DNA from: Polymyxa betae A26-41
Taxonomy: Eukaryota; Protista; Endomyxa: Phytomyxea
Reading direction: 5' to 3'
Length of the DNA stretch: 64,000 bases
NCBI GenBank assembly: GCA_003693705.1
Contig: RBZT01000261.1
Span: forward strand, 1-64,000
The notes under the pieces were generated by a model. That model did no database searches. It was not told the origin of the DNA and saw only the letters and a program-made list of their open reading frames with translations. Positions 38,301-51,007 of the stretch are shown here, in pieces. The position numbers and the translations under genes were made by a program. Every line of letters starts with the position of its first letter. Position 1 is the first letter of the stretch.

Positions 38301-41052
38301 ATCATATTATTCGTGATTTTATTGGTCAACAAATGGAATATTCTGATTTGTACGACCTGCACGTTCACAAACTCTCTTTGTCTGCAGCATCGCTACAAAC
38401 AGAAACTCAAATTGAAGATACATCATTGATAATATATTTGGACGATTTTAATTCAAGGCACGACCGGATAAAGAATGAGCTTGACACTATAAGATGCGGA
38501 TTGAACAATACTCTGGGCGCTTTCTTGGTAAGAGAAGAAGCCACTTGGGATTTGAATGTTGACAGATTCGTCTAGGCTAATCATCACCAACTGGCTTCCC
38601 GAAAAACTGAATTAGAGAAGCTGACGTCTTTTCTGGATTCTGAGCTAAAACGGGTTAATGGCGAAACTACTTCTTCGCAAAGTGCCCTCCAATCGACTGA
38701 AAATTTGCTTCATGAAGAACGCGATTCATCAAAGCACGCCCAGATGAGGATCCAGCAGTTGGAACAGACAACCGCCTCACAAGCTGCTGTTCTGTTTAAG
38801 TCTACTGCATTGCTCCATCTATATGATCACGAACGCGAACGATTCGTGCAAACTATAGAGAGTTTAGAAGCTGATGTCGCAGAACTTTCCACCTGTTTAA
38901 TCGGCCGGGAAGCTGTTTTATCATCTAATCTTCAGACAAAGGAGCTCGAGAGATGGCAGATTGTCGATCAACTTGATGCAATTTCTGAGCAGCAGCACAG
39001 ACATGACTGGAATTTGACTGGGTTGATGGGTGTCTGTTCCAATGAAAATCGCCAGCTACGACACGATATCAAGATGCAACAAAACAGGAACCAAAGACAT
39101 GTAGATGAACTTTACCAGAGTCTTATCACATCTCAAAAGGAGAAAGTCGATTCTGAGAAGCAATCCAATAATGTCATCATGCATTTGGAAAGTGATATCG
39201 AGCATTTGAAAGAGGAATTGGCTCAATCTCAGCAACATACAACTGATAACATCGACTCTATGAAAGCTCGAACTCAACTTGATATGAATAAGATTGCTGA
39301 ACTTCAATGCGAGCTTCAGAGACTAAACGAAGAGACAGACGCCCGTGTAGCTAGATACGAGAGCAGCATCGCTTCAAATGCAGAGGAGCTCAGACAGAAA
39401 TTCGAAAATTTTGAAAAATCCACGTTTGAGCTGAAAGTAACTCTTAAAGCAAAGGAGGACTTATTGGATGAGCTCCAAGGCGAATTGGATGACCAGCAGA
39501 AAGAAATCAACCAAATTCAAAGCGAGCTTTTGGAAGAACGATCACGCGGTGTGAGATTGCAAGAAGAATATCAAAACAAAATTCGCTTACAATCAGGAGA
39601 GTGGACAGCAAAAACACAAGAATATGAGAACCTGATTAATGGTTTAAGAGCGGCTTTACTGGAAAATGAATGCCTTATGAGGCAACTACAAACTGATCTT
39701 GGAGACCTGAAAATGGACATTGAAAGAGATCGATCCTGTATGGTTAAATTGCAGGAAGATAGAGATGCGACGATAGCTCAATATGAATGCCGACTTCGTC
39801 TACAGTCAGAAGAATGGACTACGAAATCGCAAAATCGTGAACATTCGCTATCTGTATTACGAACGGCGTTAAGAGACAATGAAGTTTTTGTGGAGAAGTT
39901 ACAAAATGATCAAACGAGTCAAGATGAGAAAATCAAAAATTATGAAATGTCGATAACTGGATTGAAAACGACCTTGGAACAGAAAGATCAGTTTGTGGAA
40001 AAACTGCAAAGCAATTTGATGAAACAAAATGAGATATTAGACCAGATGAAAGACGAAATTGAGAAAAGGATCAGCCATCAGGTCGATCGGTCAAACCGCC
40101 CTGCTATCTCGCTCTTTGTTTTTGTTGTTGTTATTTTGAAACCGTGACCAATTAAATACTTTGAGTTGAGCTTAATGGATTTTATTTTAGGTGGAATCTG
40201 AAAAGCAGCATCTCGAAGCCAAGCAGAGATTCGAAAAATTACTGGAACAATACGAGGTATGATAGGGTCGATTGTCAAGCAAAGGTTCATATTAACTCGC
40301 TCTCAAGGAAATTAAGCGCTCTAAAGAAGAACAAGATAGACGTATCGCACACTACGAGCAACAAGAGTTAGACAGGGTAACATTTTGATCAACGTACAGA
40401 TATCACACGACTTAACATCAAATAGAGGTCATCAAAGAGCGACCAGCTCACCGAATTAAGCAAAGCTCGATCGACCATCCAACAACTTGAATCGCAATTA
40501 GATGACTTAAGGAGCAATGATAATCAAGATATGTTGGTCACTAAGCAGAAGATTTCTGAATTGGAGCAAGAACTTTTAGTTTCACAGCAAAGCTTACAAG
40601 ATCAAATCCAAGAACTAAAGTCAGCCCATCAAAGTTCGGAAGAAGAACTGCATAAAGCTCGTTCGATAATTTCCGTTCTAGAGGAAGAGCTTCAGAATTG
40701 GAAGCAGCAAAGACAAGAACAAAACAGAGAGGTTCAAGCGGTTGAAGAAACCTTGACGCGGGCAAGATATCCTGATGCAGTACAAGCTGAACAAGTCGCA
40801 CCATGTTCAGATGATGGAAAAAGTCTGAGGCATTTGATATCTGAAAAAGATCAGGAAATCGAACGGCTACGAATGAGTTTTGAAGATATCCAAAAACTGA
40901 ATAAGCATCTGGAAGAGCGATTAGTGAATACCAACGTCCGCATGAGCCAGATGCAAGACGAGGAGAACCAGCTCGAGGAACAGATCAAGACGCTGGAAGC
41001 TGTCTTAGACGACGTTGTTAAACAGAAAACAATGCAGGTGAAGAAGAAATAA
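35382..41052 (+). CDS. NT-C2 (EEIG1/EHBP1-type) domain protein with a very long coiled coil
   Basis: FSIQIHSL...W.SPIQITSSMF...FGEIELDLSEF NT-C2 pattern followed by >1000 aa of heptad E/Q/K/L-rich exons. Confidence 0.8.
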
Positions 41053-41232
41053 AACCTTCCAACATCTCTCTGAAGCGTCATTTCATTCGTTACGGCATTC
41101 GTCTGAAGAGCCCATGTAACAGAGTAGCGTAGATAGCGTCAGGAAGGAGGCCGGAGTCGGGGACCCCGTGACCCCATGGGGTCATGACTATCGGGAGGGG
41201 TGGCCTGTTGCGTAACGTCAATCATCTCGAAG

Positions 41233-43179
41233 ATGGGCAGCAGACTGCTGGGCTGTTTGATGACTCCATCACAGCCAGGTGGTGTCCCTGCTACACCCAA
41301 TACTCATTCGTCTGTACATTCGCGATCTGCCAGTGCCAAACAACCCAGTCCGACAGAACTCGGTCCTGCTGCCACCCAGCCATCGGTAACCGCTGATATT
41401 TCTGCCATGTAAATGTTCTGGGCTAAGGCAGCCTTAGCCGCATCCAAATAAACAAACTGCTCAGCTCCAGCAATCTCCTTGTCAAAATGTAACAGTTTAT
41501 AATTGCATACTTCTATGAATTCAATTGACATTTCTGCTTTAGAGCGATATCGTTAACAAAGCTAAAGATGAACAACGACAGATGAATGGTATCTTGGGCA
41601 AAAAAACGCACAGCATGTTTTCTGAAAGCACCAATAGGTGGGCCGCAATCGAAATCCCGAAATGCTTGCATACATTGCTGCGGTTGGCCTCCGCCTGCTT
41701 CTTTTTAATTGCTTGAAGTTAAACGACGCTTAGAGCGAAATCTTGAATGCACCGGATACCCAGGACCATGCGCCTTTTGCCTGTCGATGAAACCTGATTC
41801 ATTACAATGCACGTTTCCACTGAAGCGTAGCAGATCGGATCAACAGGGTGCTTATTTATCTGGAAGTATCTGCAGTGGTTTCGCTTTCTTTATCGCAATC
41901 TGAAGTTTCATTAAGATACGGTTTCGGCTGCCGCTGACGCTGAATCAGAAGATGACGAAGATGTTCCTGAAGAAGACCGCAAAAGATCCCGGTTTACTTC
42001 CCAAGTATTGACATGCTTTCACAGGCACTCTGGTTTTTGACATCGGATTCAGGTAAGCACCAAAAACCCTCTGAATGCGGTGCCAAGCTGTGTCATGGGC
42101 CCGCAACCCATCGACAAATGGAATGTGGATATGCTGATTCATATAACCATCAATCAGGTTTGATTAAGCATAGTTTCTGAATTTCTTTCAAATCAATGCG
42201 AGTAGGTGATCGACGACCTGAGGGCTAACCACTTCTTACGACCATCCGTTGCTACAGCGTCTTCTTTCAGAAACCAGGTGCATTTTCCTTCTGTGGAACC
42301 TAAGATGCTGTGTGAACACGGTTTGTAGTGCTATTATCGTCACTGGATTGCTGTTGGAGTAGCAACTTGGGTCACGACGTTGGGGCCTCTAAAAGCTGAC
42401 GCTGAATTTAATGAATTTGCCAAACTGTTCTCCGTATGTTGATCTTGTCAATTGGCTTGAGTTCTGACGGCCTTTCAGGCTCTCCAAGATGCAGGAACCC
42501 TTGAATCTGCTTGGAACTTAGATACTCTGGTGCTAAAGAAACTTTTCTGGCTTTCAGGTGCAGGTAGGATACCATACTCGGATCTTCGAACATTCACGTA
42601 GTTTCCCATAGGGTTTACAATACATGATCGAACTAAGAAATATTCTCCTCGAATGGTATTGCCTGAATTCTGCCTGCTCTTAATGTGGATGGGTCCTGCC
42701 GATATGACTGGCATTGTTTCTGCTTCTGATGCTGTTTGCATGATTTACAATTGGATCACGGCTTCGAAGGACAGGTTAAAAAATCAATCACTGACATGCA
42801 GAAGTGAATCTCAAATGCTGCTTGCAGAGTTTGTGTATTTCAAGGGCTGTGCTCACGGCAGTCGGCAATCAGCACGCTTCGCTTCAGCTCGTTCAATTGT
42901 GTCTACCACTTAAACGAAGGAAGAATGGAATGCGGGCGGGAGTTTCCAGCAGATTATCGCATCGAGTTTTTCTGCAGAAATCTTGTGTGTACAAGCGCTG
43001 TGAATCAAGCAGGTACTGTACATTTACTGAACGGTCTGGCTGCTTTTGCAACTGAATGCTCTGAAGGCCTGCTTGGGCCCGACAGGGGGCCTGCTGCATT
43101 TCGTCACGATCTTATGGTCGACATTACGAAAGTCAACGACCTTGCTGCTCCTTCAGTGACACCATGCCCCAAACAGTGA
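41233..43179 (+). CDS. Hypothetical multi-exon protein
   Basis: Short open segments bounded by GT/AG pairs (e.g. EDDEDVPEEDRKRSRFTSQ; ALQDAGTLESAWNLDTLVLKKLFWLSG); no domain recognised. Confidence 0.3.
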
Positions 43180-43339
43180 ACAATCAACTCTTCCTATTTA
43201 TCAGGACGTGCGTCCATTACAAATTGCTATTCTATTTATCAATATCATTCTCTCTATTCCCACACATATATTAATATTAAAGTATGGATTCGTTCACAAT
43301 CGATTCAATGCGGAATATATGTGACATATAATGCGACAA

Positions 43340-46025
43340 TTACTTGACAACTTTGGCCTTTTTACTCATTTTGTCTTGGGGGACTGCCTTGCTCTTGACA
43401 ACGTCGGAGAAATCCATGGTCCCATGAATGGCATTATTTACAGTGACGAACGAACGAGAAACTCCTTTCGGTATCAAAGGTTTCTCCAGTTCAGCCTTTA
43501 AAGCCTGCCGTAAGCTTTCTTGCTCTGACTGCAAAAGATCAATATAATTAGGACCAGCACAAACATCAGGAAGCAGTTTAACCGACCTCCTTTCTCTTTG
43601 CACTTCGATGATCGGTCATTTTCGGAGCCAGATCATCATCAAGGATGATATCCATCTCAGAAGCATTCTTCTCGAACCAGTTTCGCTGTGATTGCAGGTT
43701 GACATTCGCCGACATGAAAATTGATAAATAACAGTACCTCAGAGGAGGACTTCTTGGTGGATGAAAGCAGTTTATCAAGTCTGGATGCCAACTTTACACG
43801 CCTCTTGATCGGATCTAACATGTTTAACTCGACTGGAAACTCAGGGATCTGAGACACATCATTATCCGAGTAAAACCACACACAGCAAACACCAATACCT
43901 TATGCTTGAGATCCTGAACATGTCGGTTATAAGCAGTCATCTCATTGGGACTCACCAAAATCAAGCTGTTAACAATGCTTAAGGCCACCATCATGAAAAA
44001 GCAATTTCTGAGAGATTACCTGAACCCAGATGCAGACGCTCTTCCAGTTCTTCCAGACCGATGTACATAAACGTCAGAACTAGGTGACAGCTGTGAAAAG
44101 TCAGCAGAGGTTACTAAAGAAAGACGACTGCAAACCTGATAATGAATGACATTGTCAACATTAGGTACATCAATACCACGAGCTGCTACATCAGTACAAA
44201 TCAGAACACAGTTCGACATTGTCTTGAATCGATCCAGGTTTTTCAAGCGCTGTCGCTGTTGCATAGACGAATGCAGCGGATAGACCTGCGAAGGTGGATA
44301 TTGAGCGAAGGGAGAGGGATAGAGATGATCATGAGCTGTACCGGAAGTGATAGAAGGGAGAACAGACCATGGAAACGACGGACACTGGCGATGGAATTGG
44401 CAAATACGATCGTCCTGCCTGGATATTTATGAAGGAAATAATACACATAATAGTCCTTCTCTTCAGCCAGACATTGGATACGACCTTCAGTGATATCTGA
44501 AAGCAAACAGATTTGAATACCGGAAGAAAACACATGAAGCAAGAGAATCAGAAGGAAAGCAACGATAAACATCAACAGAATTGTGAAATCGCCAATAATG
44601 GATTTGCAGAGATCCATCCATTGTATAAATACACAGCGTAAATCAGTGAAAAACTGAAAGAAAACATTTTTGGAAACAATTCGCTGAACCGATTCGAAAG
44701 CAGCTTAATTGAGAGCGGAAACAGTTGCAAATGATGTTGGATCGTACTGGACGATGCCTTCATACTTACTTGATGCAACTCGCGTCTTGGTCGTGACATC
44801 GACAATCGCAGGTTTACCTCGGAAATTGATACGTCCGACCAGATCGTCTAACGAGGATCTCGCGGCCGCCCTGCACACACACGATCACCTTTAATCATCC
44901 GATCACGAAAACCCGCTCCAAATCATGCTCACCCAGTTCGTGCTGATTTCGGTTTCATTCTTGTATCAGCTGATGTCATGGTAGCCGATAGCAGGACGGT
45001 CTGAGGAGCGGCTCGTTGCCGGTCCAGTACGGCCAGGATGCGGTCCAGCTCCCGATAGCATCCCTGTGCTACCATACGATCTGCTTCATCAATAACCAGG
45101 AATTGTAGAGCGCTGAAATCCAGGGCGGCACCAAGATCAGGATCAGCGCCACCATCACCGATCAGATCCCAAATACGACCTGGAGTCGCTACCACGATCT
45201 CGGGACGCTTCATCAACAGACGTTTCTGTTTAGCGGCGGCCAGACCACCAACACATGATGCAATCTGCAATCAATAATGCATCAGCAATGCGATACATCG
45301 AACTTGAGCGATAAAGAATTCGATTCGAAAAAGAAAATCCGAAAAAGGTTTCGGAACCTGAATATTTGTGAATCGAGCAACAGCTTTAAGATGTTGAACG
45401 ATCTGGAGAGCTAATTCACGGGTCGGGCTCAGGACCAGGCCCAGAATCTTCCCAGGACGTGATGTCGTGGATAACGATCTCGATAACATCGGCAGACCAA
45501 ATGCCAACGTCTTTCCGGATCCCTAAAACATCAACAACGATCAGGGCGATGGAACGCGGGCAGCAAACAGGGAGCGAGGACCGTTTCAGCGGCGGCGATG
45601 GCGTCCTTTCTGAATCTAATGAGTGGATTTGCAAGACTTAATTGAATATGTGTTGGTTCATAAAATCCAAGTTCAGATAGACCACGAAGTAGACGTCGAT
45701 CTAGATCAAAAGGTAGCCATGATGCCATAACAGAATCATCAAAATCGTCATTCTCGACTTCAGCAATGGCGCCCAATAGTTCAGGGTCAGCGATGGGAAT
45801 GTCCTCGGCAGAGGATGGTTTCGATTGCGGTGATAATGATGATGATGGTTGTTGTATAGAATCAGGAGATGTTAAAGCACGGAATTGATCTCCTTTAATC
45901 TCATCTAATTGTATCATACCATGAAGTCCATCATCATCTGATATTAATGATAGATCTGCATTAACTGATGTCCATGGTAGGCTATCCCATGGACCGGGCG
46001 CTGGACGAGCTCGCTTTCGCCCCAT
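43340..46025 (-). CDS. DDX24: DEAD-box RNA helicase DDX24/MAK5
   Basis: [85 protein letters not shown]. Confidence 0.93.
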
Positions 46026-46072
46026 CAAAGAGAAATGAAATCCGCCACGGAGTCCGCCCTCATGTAGACCTC

Positions 46073-46220
46073 GGGGGGGGGGGGGGGAAAGGAAAAGGAA
46101 AAGAAAAAAGGAAAGAAAAAAAGAAATAGGAAAGAAAAAGAAAAGGGAAGGGAAAAAAAAAGGAAAAGTAAAGAAAAAGAAAAAGAAAAAAAGAGAANNG
46201 GGGGGGGGGGGGGGGGGGGG
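46073..46220. repeat. Poly-G / purine-only low-complexity tract containing an NN gap
   Basis: G run, ~110 nt of A/G, 'nn', then a run of ~21 G; lies between divergent DDX24 and AHI1. Confidence 0.9.
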
Positions 46221-46260
46221 ACTCCGTATCATTTTGGCATTCAGAGGCACGTGCACGGGG

Positions 46261-46367
46261 GTAACGTTTGGTCCGATTATGATGTCATGTCCAGCATGTA
46301 ACGTGACATGAGTCGGGCGCAGCCCGGACCGTCAGTTCGCCACGTTACAGTGCCAGTCGGGTAACGT
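46261..46367. promoter_or_regulatory. Cluster of four GTAACGT/ACGTTAC elements in a divergent promoter
   Basis: Copies at 46261, 46298, 46342 (reverse) and 46361. Confidence 0.45.
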
Positions 46368-46375
46368 GCTGAATC

Positions 46376-49300
46376 ATGACGACTCTGCGTCCGAACTTGA
46401 ATGATGGTCCTGGACCTGGATTTGCAGCTAATCGTCGTCTGCGAATCTCGGTCGCGACCAGTACGGTCTTGGCCACCGTCACCACGGATACGACCGCGCC
46501 GTCGTTCGCCGAACGTCGCCGTCGTACTCGAAATCTGTCTCCCATCAAGTCTCTGTATAAACATGCACCTGGTGCGTCATTCGCAGAACGACGACGACGA
46601 CGACGTTCTGATCGTGTTAACGATCATGATGATGAAGTTACTATTGGACCAGATACACAGACAGATGTTATTATATCAGAAACTTCTCCAGATCATGATA
46701 TTGGGGCTGTTATACAACCTATCACATCTAATATCAATAATCAACAAGTGGTGGTCGCCATCCCCAAACCGATCACCACGACGGAGGCGGTCACGGCAGT
46801 TGCTGATCCGGACCCTTTCCGGGGCGTACTGGCCTTGTTCGATTGTCAGCTAAGTTGAGATCTATATCCCATCTGCATGTTCTCTATCACTAAATCTGAT
46901 AATTATGTATAGCGGAGACTATATGGTCATGGATTCAGGAACTTCGTGGTGTTCATCGTCAACGTAATAAGACATTACAATTGGTATGTTATATAGATAA
47001 ACAGGGGTTTATATATATATGAAAGAGCTGGAGTTCACCAATTCATTACAAGGAACTCGATCGGGTCGTCATACCGCCCCATTGGCGTCAGGCGGATCCG
47101 GACGCGATCGCCGACATGCTGGCCCAGTACCCAGCCGATCCGATTCTGGCTCTATCGAATCTACAGACGTCGCTACTCGATGAAGTCGTCCCATGTGTCA
47201 ATCCGGTCGTTCGCGTCACGATCGTCGATATCCGGGACGGGACGTACTGGCCCAAGCGGCATCCGGACTGGTCGGTGGTGGCCCATTACGAATCAGGTCA
47301 GATCTGGCTGATTGGCTCTGACATTCATCCAATGATGGGTCGCGGCGTTCGCGCGCCTCTCCATATCTGACTGGGTCGTACAGGCCCCGGTGCTCGCCTG
47401 ATTCTACCAAATCAGACGCATCCGTGGTCCAGTTGTGGTCGGCGCGTACTGGCCCCGTCCTGGCCCGATCCGATTCTGTTCAATGAATCATTGATACACT
47501 TCTTCGATCCTCATGTTCTCATTCTATTCGAGCTACTAGGTCAGTATGGCCGGTTTCCGGGTGGGTCGTACTGATCCCGGCCCTTTTGGGGGAATAGATG
47601 TTGGGGCCCATATTGACCTGGATCGATATGGAGAGGGAGTACGACCAATAGCCTGGGCGTTCCTAAAACCTCTTAATATACATGGTATACCTAATCATGG
47701 ATATATAACATTACAGTTATATAATAGATTACAATTATATCCACTACGTATTAGACCAAATGTTCCATCTGTATGATATCAATCTATATATTATTATATT
47801 ATCAATTATTTAACTGTTGCTATATGGATGGGGATCTTATTCCTGATTTACCAACTGGTTTTTACCTTGTGTGTTAACATACAATATCATTAACTAATTT
47901 CATATCTAGGTATATTTTGAGTATATTGAACAGAAGAATACAAGATGGAGTCCATATACAGGTACAATATCTCTATATCTACATGGTATTGCTCCATTAC
48001 GTCCTCGTATTATTAAGGGACATCGTCCTATATTACCAACTGATATAGAACATGGACGTATTGATTTTCAGGTAGGCAGAGAGAGAGAGAGAGAGAGAAA
48101 GGGCCCAGATCTGTTCATTAACTAACTAATATCAATATCAGACTATGAAAGCGGATCTTCTCACCGATATATCGATGCCGTCGGTCGTACCGGCCCGCGA
48201 TGCGGGTCCATCCACGAGGAACACGACCATGCATACGATACGATCTGGTTCAGATTCATGTCTCATACCTAATAGACGTCTCTATAAACTACCAGCTGGA
48301 TCATTGGGTGCATTCGCCATCGAATTCAGTCCGGATGGGCGTTCGCTGGCCTGTGCCGTGGGCGAGTACGTCCTGTTCCCCGTCAAGATCGTCGATGTCG
48401 AATCGGGTCTGGTACAGGGCGTACTGGCCGGCCATCACGACCTTATACATGATGTCGCATGGTCGACTAACGCCAGGTTCTTGGTGACGGCATCGTCGGA
48501 TCGCACCGCCAAGGTACGTACTGCCCCCCGTGTTGGTCGTTGTTGTTGTTGTGTAACGTGTGTTTGATGGCAGGTCTGGTCCATAACCAGTAATCAGGCT
48601 GTAGTAACATTACAACATCCATGTTTTGTGTATCAATCGAAATTCTGTCCAATACCCCATGATGCTCCAGTACGTTCTGCGGTCGTACTGGAATTCTCCT
48701 GTCAACTGACTTTCCGATCGCTCAGAATCGTATGGTGATCACAGCCGGATCCGACGGCATCGTCCGTGTTTGGGACGGTACGACGGGATCGTTGATGTAT
48801 GAATTATGTGGCCATCATTCTGCTGCAATACATTCTATAGCATTAGATATAGCTGGATTAAGGTATGTGTGATGTATGATACTCTGTATATATATAGAGA
48901 TATCCCTATACATATGTATCCATATTATCTATCTAACTATCATATATAGATTATGGACAGGAGATTGTAATGGTACAGTGATATCATGGGATAGAGATCT
49001 ATCTTGTATAACCTCCAGATTCTGTCTATTACATCATCTTCAATATCCTGATCTACATTCTATACCTATCACATGTCTACGATATGATTCAAGCAATGAT
49101 CTACTTGGTATATTAGCTCGTAATAGCACTCTATACATATTCGGAGCACGCAGGTAACATAGAGTTCTTCATACACAGTTGCTGATCGAACTGATGCGTG
49201 GGCAGGTACGACCTGCGACAGACGTTGACCGGAGCCATCTGCACGAAATCGTCAATACGATTTGTGTTCTCTCCGGATGGGCAATACGTCCTGTCGGGAT

Positions 49301-49622
49301 CTGAAGATGGTGATCTCTATGTCTGGAAGACATCTGGGGCCGTACTCGAGGCCAGGATTGAACCAGGTCGGAATGTTAGGGTTTAGGGTTTCTATAAGGT
49401 GCTCATGATAGCCATTGTGCAGGATTCCAGACGGCATCGTTCGCTGTGAGTTGGAGTCCTACCCAGCATATCATTGCAGCAGCATCGTTCGGTGCTGATT
49501 ATCCAGTCTATGTATATGATTGTGTTGTAGATCAGCATAGAGAAGGACATCGACCTATTGATGTTTCCAGAAGATCTACAGATGCATCATCATTAGCAAT
49601 GATAATGCCACGTGCTCTTTAG
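46376..49622 (+). CDS. AHI1: Jouberin/AHI1-like ciliary transition-zone WD40 protein
   Basis: PVVRVTIVD..GTY, ILFELL, IAWAFLKP, CLIPNRRLYKLPAGSLGAFAIEFSPDG, GHHDLIHDVAWS...TASSDRTAKVW, LQHPCFVY; no SH3 domain seen. Confidence 0.85.
48078..48098 (+). repeat. (GA)n microsatellite in an AHI1 intron
   Basis: agagagagagagagagagaga directly after the GTAGGC donor. Confidence 0.9.
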
Positions 49623-50216
49623 TCAATTATTTTGCAATACTATTTAATTTAATCAAGGAAATAATAAATGTAAATACTATTCCATAGCTATATGTTTTCA
49701 TTAGCAGCTATTGACCTATCGCTCACCACAATGACTCTGAAGCTGTACACTTTTAAGCCTGTTCATAACAATTCCTGCCTACCTGATAAGAGCTGAAACT
49801 TGCCGTTCAAGCTTTTTCGATGAGTCTGAGCAGATACCTGTTGCTATTATTGCACCTAGCCTAGAATTGATACACGATAATCCAATGGTAGCATCAGCTG
49901 GAGATAGTAGAATGTAGACCATCACATGTAAATAGAGGATATGCACAGAACCAGCTTCTGCATAAAGCTTTGACCTGAAATATTGTAGACCATCTGACCG
50001 CAGTAGCCGATGTTCCAAAGCGATTCCAATTCATCACTCAATCTTTTAATGAAAACTGATAGCGCGCTATTGCAAACCAAGCCGATCTTGGTGATGATCC
50101 TGATGAATAAACAGGGACCTGGATGAGATAATCAGATAGGTATGTTGTATCTATTTGTCGCATCAGATTTTATTCTTGTCCGGGAACCCTCTATTGGCTC
50201 CGTTGATATCGTCATC

Positions 50217-50903
50217 ATGTCGTCGTCATGCCAAAAGCTGAGTCTGTCAAAATATCGCAAGCATACCATTGCACAGCACATCAATCATGTTGCCAATAAT
50301 GCCAGATTCGTGATGCTGGCTCACTGGAACAGCACGGCCGCCTTCGAACAGGCTCGTCGGGCTTGGAGGGCCGCCAACATTCAATCATCGATTGTGAAAG
50401 TAATCGCGATGAAAGGCGTTTATTGTTATGGTGACGCATTGAGCGACGATGCTAGGTGAGGGTTGGCAGGGTTGGATTCAAAGATACTCGCGCCTCGTTC
50501 CTGATCCCATGCCTACGAGGTCCGACCGCTCTGGTTTATGCTGATAAAACCAGCGATGATGATCGGCTCGGCCAGAAACTGATTTGTCAGGCAGCGAAAC
50601 CTGCTCTAGACTCCAACGACATCATGTTCATTGCGGCGTCGTTGGACGGTATGATGATTAATCGCGAGCAAGCCCAGGTCGGTGATCTATCGTTGGGAAA
50701 TGGGTTCCGAGCTAATACGTTTAGAGCAGTATTTACAAAAGGCGCGATCAACTCCAGATCAAGACCTTGGTGCAGCGTTGTCCAACCTGCCTATGTACTC
50801 ATTGCCTCGTTTATGCAGGACCAACATTGACGAAATCGCTCGTATCATGGAATTCCATCGCGATCGTCTTCAGGAACCCCCCTCCGCCGATGGCGAGGCG
50901 TAG
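50217..50903 (+). CDS. Ribosomal protein uL10-like, probably mitochondrial
   Basis: ARRAWRAANIQSSIVK.RVGRVGFKDT...LRGPTALVY...FIAASLDGMMI follows the L10 pattern. Confidence 0.6.
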
Positions 50904-51007
50904 CTCATGCCTATTGCTGGGATTTATTACATTAAAAACAAAGCCACTTCAGATCGTCATATGCTCTCAGTTCTCTCACTAAAATCTGACAATGCTCAGG
51001 CAATCGT

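Noticed and set aside
41100-41220. GC-rich structured stretch as a possible ncRNA
   Set aside because: No SRP, snRNA, tRNA or snoRNA hallmarks seen; better explained as promoter motifs (an Infernal/Rfam scan would settle it)
45531-46256. 241-aa ORF with a poly-Pro/poly-Phe N-terminus
   Set aside because: Translation of the poly-G/purine gap tract; the real DDX24 start is the ATG at 46025
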